NCBI GenBank assembly: GCA_002505775.1
Contig: DAVY01000006.1
Coordinates: 9,318 to 73,317, forward strand
From: Euryarchaeota archaeon UBA130
Lineage (GTDB): Archaea; Thermoplasmatota; Poseidoniia; Poseidoniales; Thalassarchaeaceae
Direction: 5' to 3'
DNA length: 64,000 bases
Both the position numbers and the translations under genes were made by a program. The first letter of the stretch is position 1. Each line of letters starts with the position of its first letter. Under the pieces are notes generated by a model. It was not told the origin of the DNA. It was given only the letters and a program-made list of their open reading frames with translations, and made no database searches. Positions 48,893 through 59,438 of the stretch are shown piece by piece.

Positions 48893-50848
48893 GTGAGATC
48901 ATTCAAAGTGGTCATTGCCACACTCATACTATTTGGGGGAATATGGGTCAATCTAAATCCTGATTTAGTCAACACAACATACAATTTCGACGACTCCGAC
49001 GAAAATCCAAATCTAGTAGGCCTGCAAGAGAATGAACATTGGCTAGTGATAAGAGTGGCATTTCCCTCTATGCCACACTCTCTTTCGGAAACGGAATCTC
49101 TGTTATTGGGCTCTGGTTCGGCACAGGAATATATTTCTCAACTATCAGGAGGTGTTTCAAATTTAGAAGTTACAATTTCTGATGAAGTATGGATCTCTGA
49201 TTTTGAGGAGTCCTACTGGGGAGCTGATTCACAAAACGAACGTGATGTAGGAAATGGGGGAAGCGGGGTAGATAAATTGGTAGAAGAATCTGCCTTAGAT
49301 TTACTTAGTGGTATGGACCTCTCTCAGTGGGACATCAATGGAGATGGTGTCATTGATAGGCTCCTAGTCTTACATTCAGGAAATGCACAGGAGTCAGGAG
49401 GCCCATCCAATTCAATTTGGAGCCATTTCTCAAATCTTATGAATCCTGTAAGTGTAGGTCAATGGGAGATTCAGCACTATACAATTTCATCAATGGAATC
49501 TGGGCTTGGCACACTTGTTCATGAAATGTTGCATCAAATGGGTGCCTACGACTTGTACGATGTCCACTCAGATCTTCCTTCGAGTACATGGAATGGCCTC
49601 GGAGATTGGGACATTATGGCTAGTGGTAACTGGAATGGAAACTCAATGTCACCTGCTATGCCAGGGGCAGCGACCCTAATCACTGTCGGTGGACTCGGAA
49701 TCATTGAAATCGAAACCTCGACAACACAAGATATTCAGTTATATCCAATGTCTTCAAAGAATAACAATACGCGTGTTGCTTATATCGAGACCGCTCCAGA
49801 AGAAGCTGTTTTGGTAACATACCGTGCCGATATAGGATTTGACTCTGAGCTACCCGGCTTCGGGATTATTGTAGAATACCTAGATAAAAATAATGGCAAT
49901 GTAGATGAAAATACTGTGAATAAAGATCCAAATAATCCATGGGTTAAGATTTTGGAGGCTGATGGTGATCAGGCTTTAGTCAGGAATCGTGACACTGGAA
50001 GCCCGGGAGACGCGTTTCAGTCAGGAGACTCATTTGGTCATGAAGGATTCAAAATTAGGGACAATAGAGGAAGATTAGTTCCTTGGCAAATTGAAGTTCA
50101 GAGCATAGAATCTGATGTTGCAACATTAAGATTTTCAACCCTTGAAAACTACACCGACAGAGTACTGACACCGAGGTCTCCTATTCAGTTAATCGAAGGA
50201 GAGAATGCTTATGCCAGTGTGTTTAGCGAGAACCCGTGTACCCTACTAGTAAACATCAGTACCGATTTAACGGTCCCTCAAGCTACAGAGGTGGAAATAC
50301 CATCTGGAGAAACTATAATCCCAATAATTAGAGCCTCTGAAACTTCTGATGATTTAGGTTTAATAACAGGAAAGATAGGTTGCAAAGATAAGAATCCCGA
50401 GGACATTAGAATCGAATGGCAGAAGATCGGTCATAGGATTGTTACTAAAGAGACAATCCATGTTATTCCATGGAATCAAGATTCAACTATTCAAATACCG
50501 ATTAACACAAATGGCTATGGAGAAAGAAGCTATGATATTGCCATAGAGGGAGCAGTAGATAGAATTGCATCCTCTTCAACTCAAGGGGTTTTTTCTCCAG
50601 GGGATGAAATCTTAATGAAGATCGAACCTAATGGATTACTGACCCCTGGCATGTATGCAAGGGGAGAAATCGTGATTCAAGATGAATTTTCCGTTGAGCA
50701 AAGAATAGAGATTACATTAATTGCCGAATCGCCATTTACAGGAGACGGCCTATTGGGCTGGATTTCGCAGCCATCTAATGGAATTCTGGTAATTTCAATT
50801 CTTCTGGCATTTAGCATACTAACGGGCAAAAGCAGAGATATTACCTAG
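48893..50848 (+). CDS. M6 family (immune inhibitor A-like) metalloprotease, membrane anchored
   Basis: DINGDGVID, IWSH, HEMLHQMGAYDLYD, WDIMASGNW. Confidence 0.9.
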   Translation: MRSFKVVIATLILFGGIWVNLNPDLVNTTYNFDDSDENPNLVGLQENEHWLVIRVAFPSMPHSLSETESLLLGSGSAQEYISQLSGGVSNLEVTISDEVWISDFEESYWGADSQNERDVGNGGSGVDKLVEESALDLLSGMDLSQWDINGDGVIDRLLVLHSGNAQESGGPSNSIWSHFSNLMNPVSVGQWEIQHYTISSMESGLGTLVHEMLHQMGAYDLYDVHSDLPSSTWNGLGDWDIMASGNWNGNSMSPAMPGAATLITVGGLGIIEIETSTTQDIQLYPMSSKNNNTRVAYIETAPEEAVLVTYRADIGFDSELPGFGIIVEYLDKNNGNVDENTVNKDPNNPWVKILEADGDQALVRNRDTGSPGDAFQSGDSFGHEGFKIRDNRGRLVPWQIEVQSIESDVATLRFSTLENYTDRVLTPRSPIQLIEGENAYASVFSENPCTLLVNISTDLTVPQATEVEIPSGETIIPIIRASETSDDLGLITGKIGCKDKNPEDIRIEWQKIGHRIVTKETIHVIPWNQDSTIQIPINTNGYGERSYDIAIEGAVDRIASSSTQGVFSPGDEILMKIEPNGLLTPGMYARGEIVIQDEFSVEQRIEITLIAESPFTGDGLLGWISQPSNGILVISILLAFSILTGKSRDIT

Positions 50849-51965
50849 GATTGCTCCACCTGGAATCCGCAGGAGGACGAGAGATTTTTAGAAAATCCCA
50901 ATCACCAAAACCGACATCTACAGGACAAATCCATTGTTTGTTTACCCCCGATGCAAGCCTAGAAATTAAACATGCCTTAGCCCATACTCCAACTCTTTTT
51001 TGTTCATCCTCTGGGTCATTAATCAGCCATGGCGCGTGATCCTGCCCTACTGATCCTGAGTAACACCTCCAAGTGGTCCCGAATTTGAAACCGGACCGTG
51101 TATTCAGCCCTCTCTTCAGTAAATTAAGCAACAAACTCGCTGTGTTCGTTATCCCTATCTCTGAGTTTTTTTGGCCAGGGGAGTAACTCTCTATTTCGAA
51201 CCGATTCGATGAGTCCCCAAAAAATTGGACCAACTCCCTTTCAACCCAGTCCAGCTGCCGACCACCCTGCGTAGGTACACCGATAGCCTCGACTGGCCAA
51301 TCAGTTACTTTTGCGAAAAAGGCCCCTCCAGTAATTGTTTCAGAATACTCGTAATTGGAGATTTTCAAGAAGTCTTCAGTGGTTGGGGGCTTGAGATTTC
51401 CAATTGGATCGACAGTTGAGAGATGGTATGTCACCACGGAAAGCTCCTCATCAACTACTAATGCCTCTGCAATTCTCCCAATACTCTCTACTTCAGCCAC
51501 CCAATCAAATAAGTCATTATAGTCAAATTCTTCTTCAGCTGTATACCATCTAATCTCAGAAGCGGGCAGGTCCCTAGAAGGATGCTTATCGGAATCCCAC
51601 CTCAGTCCCCACGATTTTTTACTATGGCCTATTCCTAATGAATCTAGGTTCCTTCTTAGAACAATTTTATTTCCTGGTGTTCTCAACGCTTCCATGACGG
51701 CGTGCTCCATAATCAGTTTGGAGTCAGCATTCAAAGCTGTCTGCATAAAATCCTCACTAGGGGGGTCAATATTTCTATGGTTTATACAGAATAACATCTC
51801 AACCGATGTGAGACCAATTCCCCCCCCTTCCATAATTATGCCCAATGCAGACTTATGCCATAGCCTATCTGCCGACTTACCACCAAAATACCAAGTCCCG
51901 TTATCGCCCCCCATAACCAACCCTAAAGGCACTACAATTTCATCTCCTCGGTCCAGAAATATCAT
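50841..51965 (-). CDS. endA: tRNA-splicing endonuclease (two-unit form)
   Basis: LTSVEMLF, VDEELSVVTY, then RSGFKFGTTWRCY...HAPW...RLASGVNK carrying the Tyr/His/Lys triad. Confidence 0.8.
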   Translation of the reverse strand: MIFLDRGDEIVVPLGLVMGGDNGTWYFGGKSADRLWHKSALGIIMEGGGIGLTSVEMLFCINHRNIDPPSEDFMQTALNADSKLIMEHAVMEALRTPGNKIVLRRNLDSLGIGHSKKSWGLRWDSDKHPSRDLPASEIRWYTAEEEFDYNDLFDWVAEVESIGRIAEALVVDEELSVVTYHLSTVDPIGNLKPPTTEDFLKISNYEYSETITGGAFFAKVTDWPVEAIGVPTQGGRQLDWVERELVQFFGDSSNRFEIESYSPGQKNSEIGITNTASLLLNLLKRGLNTRSGFKFGTTWRCYSGSVGQDHAPWLINDPEDEQKRVGVWAKACLISRLASGVNKQWICPVDVGFGDWDFLKISRPPADSRWSNPR

Positions 51966-51989
51966 TTCCCTCCGCCCACTCGTATTACT

Positions 51990-53036
51990 GTGTCAGAATA
52001 CAACGAAGCAGACTCGCTAAGGTCACTAATTAGATTACTACAGCAAGTAGAGGGTACTAGAGTGACCCTAATTGGCGATGTAATGCTTGATAGGTATCAT
52101 CATGGTTACTCTAATAATCTCAACTCAACTGCACCAGTTCCAGTCTTGAGAGTGACAAATTCTGAGGAGTCTCCGGGAGCCGCTGCGCACATCGCAAGGG
52201 GCTTATTCTCACTGGGCCTTAATGTCGATTTCTATAGTTCCGTCGGGGATGACGATGAAGGTGATGTAATAATCGAAACACTCTCTTCTGAGGGTATCCA
52301 AACAGATGGAATAATCCGAGTACCCGATAGAAAAACCCTCACAAAAATTAGATTTTATGGAAGTAGGGAGAATTTGCTAGACCAAAGCCAAGTCCTCCTC
52401 CAAGCAGATAGAGGCCCACTCGAAGATCTTGATCCATCAATCAGTGAGAGTCTCACTAATTCTGCCTTTAGCTCCCTATCTTCAAGCCAAGCTCTGGTTA
52501 TTTCAGATTATGACAAAGGTGTTATCTCTGAATTAGGATCTCATAAGCTTATAGAATCGGCAAAGAAATTGGGTATTCCCTGCATAGTTGATCCAAAACT
52601 TACCGGATTATCCAGGAGCACCGGAGCCGACATAGTAATTTTTGGCATGAGAGGTTTGGAGTTGCAAAAAAGGAGACTCATGACTGACTCCTTGGATGAA
52701 GCCGCCTCCCATCTAATTGAGACCTACTCTTGGGGTGCTCTACTAGTACTGGGGGGCGTTAATGGAGTTACATTACATTCATCGGATGGAACAAAGGTAT
52801 ATTTCCCATGCAGGGCAGACGCACCAAGGCAACAAATAGGGCTGAACGATGCAGCGGCAACCGCTCTCGCCGCGGCATTAGGAAATGGACTAAATATTGT
52901 AGATGCCGCAGCATTTTCCGCTGCCGCCTGTGAATGTGTACTTTCTGCAAAAGCAAGTCAAGAGTTTGTGGATAGCGATACATTGCAACTCTGGCTGGAA
53001 GAGCTTTCATGGAAATTACGTATTTCGGATAGATAA
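51990..53036 (+). CDS. PfkB family kinase, RfaE/HldE kinase-domain-like
   Basis: IGDVMLDRY, APVPVL, PGAAAH, ISDYDKG, VDPK. Confidence 0.85.
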   Translation: MSEYNEADSLRSLIRLLQQVEGTRVTLIGDVMLDRYHHGYSNNLNSTAPVPVLRVTNSEESPGAAAHIARGLFSLGLNVDFYSSVGDDDEGDVIIETLSSEGIQTDGIIRVPDRKTLTKIRFYGSRENLLDQSQVLLQADRGPLEDLDPSISESLTNSAFSSLSSSQALVISDYDKGVISELGSHKLIESAKKLGIPCIVDPKLTGLSRSTGADIVIFGMRGLELQKRRLMTDSLDEAASHLIETYSWGALLVLGGVNGVTLHSSDGTKVYFPCRADAPRQQIGLNDAAATALAAALGNGLNIVDAAAFSAAACECVLSAKASQEFVDSDTLQLWLEELSWKLRISDR

Positions 53037-53082
53037 TCAATATAACCAGAAGTTCAAAACAAGTAGCAATACGCCGTAGTCC

Positions 53083-54612
53083 ATGAAGAGGGTAATTGCA
53101 TTGACATTCATGTCTATGCTGTTTTTTAATTTCCATTCCCCTGTGGGAATCTTAGAAGATGCAGAGGGCGCATATTACTCGGATATATCAGATCCACCAA
53201 TAATTGGCTTCGACGAATATAATGGTGTATTTATCGATACTAACTCTACATTATCCGGATTTATAGTTTCAAGCGTTTATCCCGATTCCGCAGAGTGGTA
53301 CGTTTCTGACCTTTCAACTTCTGGAGAATTGTCTGCTATCACAGAACCATTACCATTGTACACAGAAGAAATATTTTCAAATCAGGATGATGGTCTTTCT
53401 AGGTGGTCCTGGAACATTTCCAATATATTTAATGCTCCAATTTTAGGGACCGAAGTTGTCAATGATTGTACCTGCTACTTGACGATAATTGTAATTTCCG
53501 GGATTCACCAATCTACCAAATCATTAGCAGTTTTTCTTGGAGATTCTGACAGTCCTGGGATAACACTGGATAGTGAGACAGAACGCCTATCCGGATCCTT
53601 TGATACTTCTGGATGGGCTTCATCCCCTATAGGAGAACCTATACCATCATCAATTACAATTTCCAATGAACTCTCATCAACCGGGAGATGCTCTACCGTA
53701 CCGGATCTTTCGCTCCATAATGCCGATACAAATATCTCAATAACCCACTATTTATCCTTGGAAGGATATTTCTCCGCATCTATCGACATATCGAGTTTAA
53801 TCGATGGATGGTACTCCGTGTGGTATTCGTTAAACTCTACAGACGTAAATGAGGTAGTCAAAAATTACTGTGTAAAAGCACTGGTGGATAATTCCAATCC
53901 TGTGGCTTCTGTAGAAGGCCCTCAACAGTCTCAGGAAGGTGATGGAGACCTCATTTTTGACGCTGGGAATTCATACGATCCATTCTGGGGTAAAGATAGC
54001 TTAAACTACATATGGTCCCTAATCAAGATTGAGCCAACTGGCAACTATATGGTCGATAATTCCGAGGGGAGAAGCTCAAGTTTTTTTGTTGTAGATGACT
54101 CAATATCAGGAGACTACTTATTGTCGCTATTAGTTGTGGATGGCCAAGGAATGATAGATCAGAATGATTATGAATTTTCCATTATCAACCAACCACCCTT
54201 AGCCAAGCTTTCGATCTCTGGAGAATCACTTTCTGATGGCGACAAAATGCAGTTATCTGACTTGACAGAATGGGATTTAGACGCCACACAATCACTAGAC
54301 ACCACCAATGATGTTGAAGGACTAAGGTGCGTTTGGAAAATTAACTACAAGACAATTTATGAAGGCTGTGAAAGAACCTTGCAATGGCCTGTAGATGATA
54401 ATAATGACACAATCCTACTTACACTTGATGTAATTGATGACGATGAAGAATACTCCTCGATAACGGTAGAGTTATCCCGTGCTAATAACGAGAATCTAAT
54501 TCCTCTACCCATAATAGTTCTCATACTATCAACGCTATTCTTTATCAGCTCACTAATTTATTCAAGAAGGAGAAACGACGATATGGAAATTCCGAAATGG
54601 AATGATTCATAA
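53083..54612 (+). CDS. Exported PKD-like repeat protein with C-terminal TM
   Basis: FDAGNSYDP..LNYIW and LDATQSLD..CVW PKD-like motifs, LTLDVIDDD, TM followed by RRR. Confidence 0.78.
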   Translation: MKRVIALTFMSMLFFNFHSPVGILEDAEGAYYSDISDPPIIGFDEYNGVFIDTNSTLSGFIVSSVYPDSAEWYVSDLSTSGELSAITEPLPLYTEEIFSNQDDGLSRWSWNISNIFNAPILGTEVVNDCTCYLTIIVISGIHQSTKSLAVFLGDSDSPGITLDSETERLSGSFDTSGWASSPIGEPIPSSITISNELSSTGRCSTVPDLSLHNADTNISITHYLSLEGYFSASIDISSLIDGWYSVWYSLNSTDVNEVVKNYCVKALVDNSNPVASVEGPQQSQEGDGDLIFDAGNSYDPFWGKDSLNYIWSLIKIEPTGNYMVDNSEGRSSSFFVVDDSISGDYLLSLLVVDGQGMIDQNDYEFSIINQPPLAKLSISGESLSDGDKMQLSDLTEWDLDATQSLDTTNDVEGLRCVWKINYKTIYEGCERTLQWPVDDNNDTILLTLDVIDDDEEYSSITVELSRANNENLIPLPIIVLILSTLFFISSLIYSRRRNDDMEIPKWNDS

Positions 54613-54652
54613 TTATGAAAAATACCCTCACCACTAAGTAGTTGTATGATAG

Positions 54653-55966
54653 GTGACAAACATGAAAGGTACGGTTTTTGAACACAGTGAGTACCGCAAA
54701 CGCCAAGAGGAACTTTTTGACAAGCTTCCTATGGATTCAATCGTCATTCTCCCTAACAATGTCCCCTCAATTAGGTCTAACGATACCAAATATCCCTACA
54801 GGGCTAACTCATATCTGATGTATCTTTCTGGCTGGGAAGAGCCACACTCTACGCTAGTCCTGACAAAAATTTCTGATCATACCAATGTCGCTCTGTTTGT
54901 AAAGCCTAGAAATACAGAATTAGAGATATGGGAGGGAAGAATTGTTGGAGTTGAGGGTGCAAAGAATGGATGGCCAATAAAACAGGCGTTTCCAAACACA
55001 GACTTCGAATCGGTAATGAAAAATACTCTCAAAGAAATATCAAATCTTTATCTTTTCAAGGGCATTAATGTAGAAATGGACGTTCTAGTTAGTGACCTGT
55101 GGAAAGGAGATATTCTGGATCCATCTCCCTATGTAGATAAGATGAGGACAATAAAGTCTACAGCAGAGATTGAAATTATGAAATCTGCAGCGTCGATAGC
55201 ATCACAAGCTCATATCTCTGCAATGGCAATAACTAAGCCAAATATAGGCGAGTGGGAGATTCAAGCATGTATTGAAAATCACTTCACATTGAACAGGTCT
55301 GTCAACAGCTACAACCCAATCGTAGGTGGAGGAGACAATGCTACCATCTTGCATTACAACTCTAATTCTGGTCGAATCGAAGATAATGAATTGGTATTGG
55401 TTGATGCTGGTTGCGAGGTTAGCGGTTATGCATCAGATATTACCAGGACCTGGCCTGTTAACGGCAAGTTTACGAAATCTCAGAGAGAAATTTACGAATT
55501 GGTTCTTGAAGCTCAGATTTCGGCAATTGGAGCCTGCCAATCCGGATACACATGGGATTCTATGCACCGAGCGGCTTCTGAGGTGATATCGAGAGGACTC
55601 ATAGACCTCGGGATACTAAAATGCTCTAAGCAAGAGGCCCTAGGTATGAATTTGGATGGGGAGTTCCGGAAATTTTTCATGCATGGTACTGGCCACATGC
55701 TTGGCTTAGACGTTCATGACGTAGGGGGCGGGAGGCAAGGAGGAAAGGCTGGCCCTGTTCTTTTACCTGGTATGATTGTAACAGTCGAACCGGGCCTATA
55801 CTTTGCCTCATGGAGGGAGGACATTGATATTCCGAAGAAATACTCCGGAATAGGTGTTAGGATAGAGGATGATGTTCTGATAACGGAGAGTGGACCAATA
55901 GTACTTACTGACGGGTGCCCCAAGACAATCGATGAAATAGAATCAATCGTTGGAAGTGCACTGTAG
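54653..55966 (+). CDS. pepP: Xaa-Pro aminopeptidase
   Basis: DAGCE..GYASDITRT, HGTGHMLGLDVHD, TVEPGLY, GVRIEDD. Confidence 0.96.
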   Translation: MTNMKGTVFEHSEYRKRQEELFDKLPMDSIVILPNNVPSIRSNDTKYPYRANSYLMYLSGWEEPHSTLVLTKISDHTNVALFVKPRNTELEIWEGRIVGVEGAKNGWPIKQAFPNTDFESVMKNTLKEISNLYLFKGINVEMDVLVSDLWKGDILDPSPYVDKMRTIKSTAEIEIMKSAASIASQAHISAMAITKPNIGEWEIQACIENHFTLNRSVNSYNPIVGGGDNATILHYNSNSGRIEDNELVLVDAGCEVSGYASDITRTWPVNGKFTKSQREIYELVLEAQISAIGACQSGYTWDSMHRAASEVISRGLIDLGILKCSKQEALGMNLDGEFRKFFMHGTGHMLGLDVHDVGGGRQGGKAGPVLLPGMIVTVEPGLYFASWREDIDIPKKYSGIGVRIEDDVLITESGPIVLTDGCPKTIDEIESIVGSAL

Positions 55967-57127
55967 ATGGTAATTTCAGATATATTACGAGCTCAAATGG
56001 CAGTTGAACCTTCAAGAATTACAGTTGAAGAAGCGATCTTACTGTACGAAGAAGCAGACTTGAGCGATTTGATGCATGTGGCATCATCAAGGAGGTCATC
56101 AATCGTTCCTGGAAATGAGGTAACATATCTGGTTGATAGGAACATCAATTACACCAATGCTTGCACGATTAATTGCCAATTCTGTTCTTTCTACAGGCCC
56201 CCAGATCATACTGAAGCATATACACAGACATTCCAAGAAATCAGTGCGCGGGTAACCGAGTTAGAAGAGATTGGAGGCTCCAGGATCTTAATGCAAGGTG
56301 GCGTAAATCCGGACCTGGAATTATCATGGTACACCGAAATGCTTTCTAATTTACATCAAAGCCATCCAAATATACACTTAGATTGCTTTTCACCTATAGA
56401 AATAGAAGGAATAGCAGAGGTATGTGAATTATCCACTAAAGAGGTTCTGACCAAATTGAGAGATTCTGGTATGCATGGTTTACCGGGTGGTGGCGCAGAG
56501 ATGTTAGTTGACGATGTAAGGCTAGATATATCTCCAAAAAAAGGCTCATCCTCTAATTGGATTAGGGTAATGCGTGAAGCTCAAGAGCTTGGCTTGATAA
56601 CTTCTGCGACCAATGTAATTGGTTTTGGTGAAGATTACTCTGACAGGGTTAAGCACATGGACCTAATCAGAAATGCCCAAGATGATGCTATAGCTAGTGG
56701 GAATGTTGGCTTCACCTCTTTCATATCTTGGCCTGTCCAGCTAGAGAATAACGCATTTGGCTCCAGAAATAGGGGGACTAATAAGACAAAGCTAGGAGCA
56801 ACATCTTCAGAGTATCTCAGACACGTAGCAATCTCAAGAATATTTTTTGATAATATTATACACATTCAGGCCTCATGGCCCACAATGGGCATGGAGATAG
56901 CACAACTTGCCTTGGCGGCGGGCGCAGATGATGCAGGATCCACAATGATGGAGGAAAATGTAGTATCTGCATCCGGAACTAGCAAGACTATGGCTAGTGA
57001 GAAGGAGCTCCAAAGGATTATCCTTAGATCAGGTTATCAACCAAGAAAAAGAGACTCTGAATATAACCTATTGGAGACTGAGTTGATTGACGAGGGAATA
57101 TTGCAGTCTCCGCCACCTGTTCAGTGA
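55967..57127 (+). CDS. mqnC: Radical SAM, cyclic dehypoxanthine futalosine synthase-like
   Basis: DRNINYTNACTINCQFCSFYR, PGGGAEML, IQASW, GSTMMEENVVSASG. Confidence 0.85.
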   Translation: MVISDILRAQMAVEPSRITVEEAILLYEEADLSDLMHVASSRRSSIVPGNEVTYLVDRNINYTNACTINCQFCSFYRPPDHTEAYTQTFQEISARVTELEEIGGSRILMQGGVNPDLELSWYTEMLSNLHQSHPNIHLDCFSPIEIEGIAEVCELSTKEVLTKLRDSGMHGLPGGGAEMLVDDVRLDISPKKGSSSNWIRVMREAQELGLITSATNVIGFGEDYSDRVKHMDLIRNAQDDAIASGNVGFTSFISWPVQLENNAFGSRNRGTNKTKLGATSSEYLRHVAISRIFFDNIIHIQASWPTMGMEIAQLALAAGADDAGSTMMEENVVSASGTSKTMASEKELQRIILRSGYQPRKRDSEYNLLETELIDEGILQSPPPVQ

Positions 57128-57129
57128 GA

Positions 57130-58203
57130 CTATGACTCCGACCTGCCACTTCTGACTGGAAGATTTTCAAATCCAGTCTTTGTTTCCGGGAAATTAACAT
57201 TTACTGGCCTCACCCATTTCATTCTCGAACCATCACTCTTTATTCCCTCAATAACTATCTCCCAATGGATCGCAATCATCGCGGAATATATAGTACCGGG
57301 CCATGGATTAGTAGGTCCGGAAATTCTCATTGGAAACTGGTCAATTTTTTTCCAGGGGCCATAATCCTGAACTCTCATTGGCTCTAGTAGCAACAACCTT
57401 CCCCTCCCCACTGTCATTGGCAATGATTCACCCACGCCCGTCCCATGCTCATCTGCAGTAGATATTCTTCTATCCGGTAATTCAGTAGACATGCCGGGTG
57501 GAGGCTGTCCAAATTTTCTTCTTCCGGAGGACCTCAAAATGACCTCTCTCTCGGGTATCGCAGCACCCACCTGAACCCTGATTCTTTCAGCTTTTATCCC
57601 ATCGGGGAGAATGATATTTGATATCTCTATGGAATCAGTGCTAATATCATTAATTTTGATTTCTGGATTAGAAAGAGGATTCGCAATGTATTCATTCTGC
57701 CTTCTGATGTCCTTGATATTTGCTAAAACACGTAAAAATATTGGTACAATAAATACTGGAAACGCAATCATTAGCATTAATGGATAGTCGAGTGGACCCA
57801 AGCTAATGGGCGTGAAAATGAACTCAGGCATGAATTTCAAATTGATTAGTGCTGGCTCAAGAGCATGAAGCATCAGAGCTACGACCAATGTGAATACTCC
57901 TGGATATATGGATTTCCTTGCTATCTTATGTAGTAGATCTGGCTCAATGTACCACCCATTCCTCGTCCTCATTAAGAATGGTAATGTGGTATATGTTACT
58001 TCCTTTGTAATCAAGGGTAGTGAAGAGTCGTTTTGATTTTCTTCCCTCCATTCCAATACCCATGAATCGTCATTTCCAATTTTAAAGGCGGGCGGTGGAG
58101 GATTTTCCGATTCTAAAATGACCTCCACTAGTGGAATCCCCCTAGGGTCACTATTTTCATGATCGAAGGGGGGATATCTTACCCTTTGAACTGACCTATA
58201 CAT
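57130..58203 (-). CDS. Hypothetical membrane protein (2 central TM)
   Basis: Long ORF coupled to the geranylgeranyl reductase gene; two hydrophobic helices. Confidence 0.7.
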   Translation of the reverse strand: MYRSVQRVRYPPFDHENSDPRGIPLVEVILESENPPPPAFKIGNDDSWVLEWREENQNDSSLPLITKEVTYTTLPFLMRTRNGWYIEPDLLHKIARKSIYPGVFTLVVALMLHALEPALINLKFMPEFIFTPISLGPLDYPLMLMIAFPVFIVPIFLRVLANIKDIRRQNEYIANPLSNPEIKINDISTDSIEISNIILPDGIKAERIRVQVGAAIPEREVILRSSGRRKFGQPPPGMSTELPDRRISTADEHGTGVGESLPMTVGRGRLLLLEPMRVQDYGPWKKIDQFPMRISGPTNPWPGTIYSAMIAIHWEIVIEGIKSDGSRMKWVRPVNVNFPETKTGFENLPVRSGRSES

Positions 58204-58204
58204 A

Positions 58205-59428
58205 CTAACTCCAAATTACAGCAGACGCCGCTTTCGTGGCTAATGATCTAAATTCTGGTACTTCTTTAAGCAGGCGTAGTCCTAATGGTATCGGGTTATC
58301 TATCTCACCAGACTCATTGATAATCTGGGTAACTTCTGGCCTAGACCAGACTTTGAAAACACTTTCCAGTTCTTCATCTGTAACCTCTGTAAGGAAAGCA
58401 TCTCTTAGTGCCCTAGCCCTATTCAATTTCTTTCTCATTGGTCCTAGAATCTTGACCAAACTCTTCATTTTAGCCTCACCAAGGTCATCATTATTTATGC
58501 ACTCGGATAAAATTGGAGCTAGTAAGTCTGCTTGATCAAACCCAGTACCTATGCCTCCTCCGGTGGTTGGTTTACAAGCACCAGATGCATCTCCGAAAAG
58601 TGCCACTCTTTCCCGCAACGGATACTTCAGTAAGCCACTTGGAACGGGTCCTCCAAACCTGCCAACGATATTGCAATTTTCGAATCTCTGTTTCCAAATA
58701 GAGGAATTCATAAGATTATCAACCATCATTTCACAAGATTTTCCAGTCAGTAAATCAGCCCTACTCCACATGCCAATCCTCGTTGTTTCACCAGAGGGTA
58801 TAGCCCAAGCGAAAAATCCTGGAGCGATATCATTTCCAGTAAACATATCTAACTGTCCAGATGAACCATTGTACCCTGTAACCTCCACTTGGTAACCAAT
58901 CATCATTTCCTTAGGCCTTCCCATTTTCATAGTTCTTCTGACCCATGAATGTGCTCCATCACATCCACACACTAAATCACACCTAACCTTACAAATATCC
59001 CCTCCGACATTGATAGAAATCTCTGCATAATCCTTCTCAATATCTAATTTGGTGGGCTTGGAGTTCAGTATAATATCAGCCCCCGATTCTATAGCAAGAC
59101 GGACAACACCCTCATCAAATTTCTTCCTGCAAACCGACCAGGTACGAATCCTTTCTGGTGATCCAATATCTACAGTGGTACCATTAGGACTGTTTATTCT
59201 AGCACCCCATATCGGGGTAAGAATGGTATTTTTCATAGGCACTCTTTCCATGGCCCCAGGATTTACTAGGCCTGCGCATTGGAATGGCCTTCCTATTTCC
59301 GAGTGCTCCTCAACAATTAATACCGTGTGCCCCAATTCTTTGAATTTCCAGCCTAGGTATCCCCCGACTGGTCCTGCACCAATAATCACTACATCGTAGA
59401 ATTCCTCAATTTGAGCTTGGACATTCAT
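58205..59428 (-). CDS. Geranylgeranyl reductase family flavoprotein (DGGR-like)
   Basis: GAGPVG, EIGRPFQCAG, RKKFD, GCDGAHS, FFAWAIP, GDASG..KPTTGGGI. Confidence 0.9.
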   Translation of the reverse strand: MNVQAQIEEFYDVVIIGAGPVGGYLGWKFKELGHTVLIVEEHSEIGRPFQCAGLVNPGAMERVPMKNTILTPIWGARINSPNGTTVDIGSPERIRTWSVCRKKFDEGVVRLAIESGADIILNSKPTKLDIEKDYAEISINVGGDICKVRCDLVCGCDGAHSWVRRTMKMGRPKEMMIGYQVEVTGYNGSSGQLDMFTGNDIAPGFFAWAIPSGETTRIGMWSRADLLTGKSCEMMVDNLMNSSIWKQRFENCNIVGRFGGPVPSGLLKYPLRERVALFGDASGACKPTTGGGIGTGFDQADLLAPILSECINNDDLGEAKMKSLVKILGPMRKKLNRARALRDAFLTEVTDEELESVFKVWSRPEVTQIINESGEIDNPIPLGLRLLKEVPEFRSLATKAASAVIWS

Positions 59429-59438
59429 CCTAATTCCC

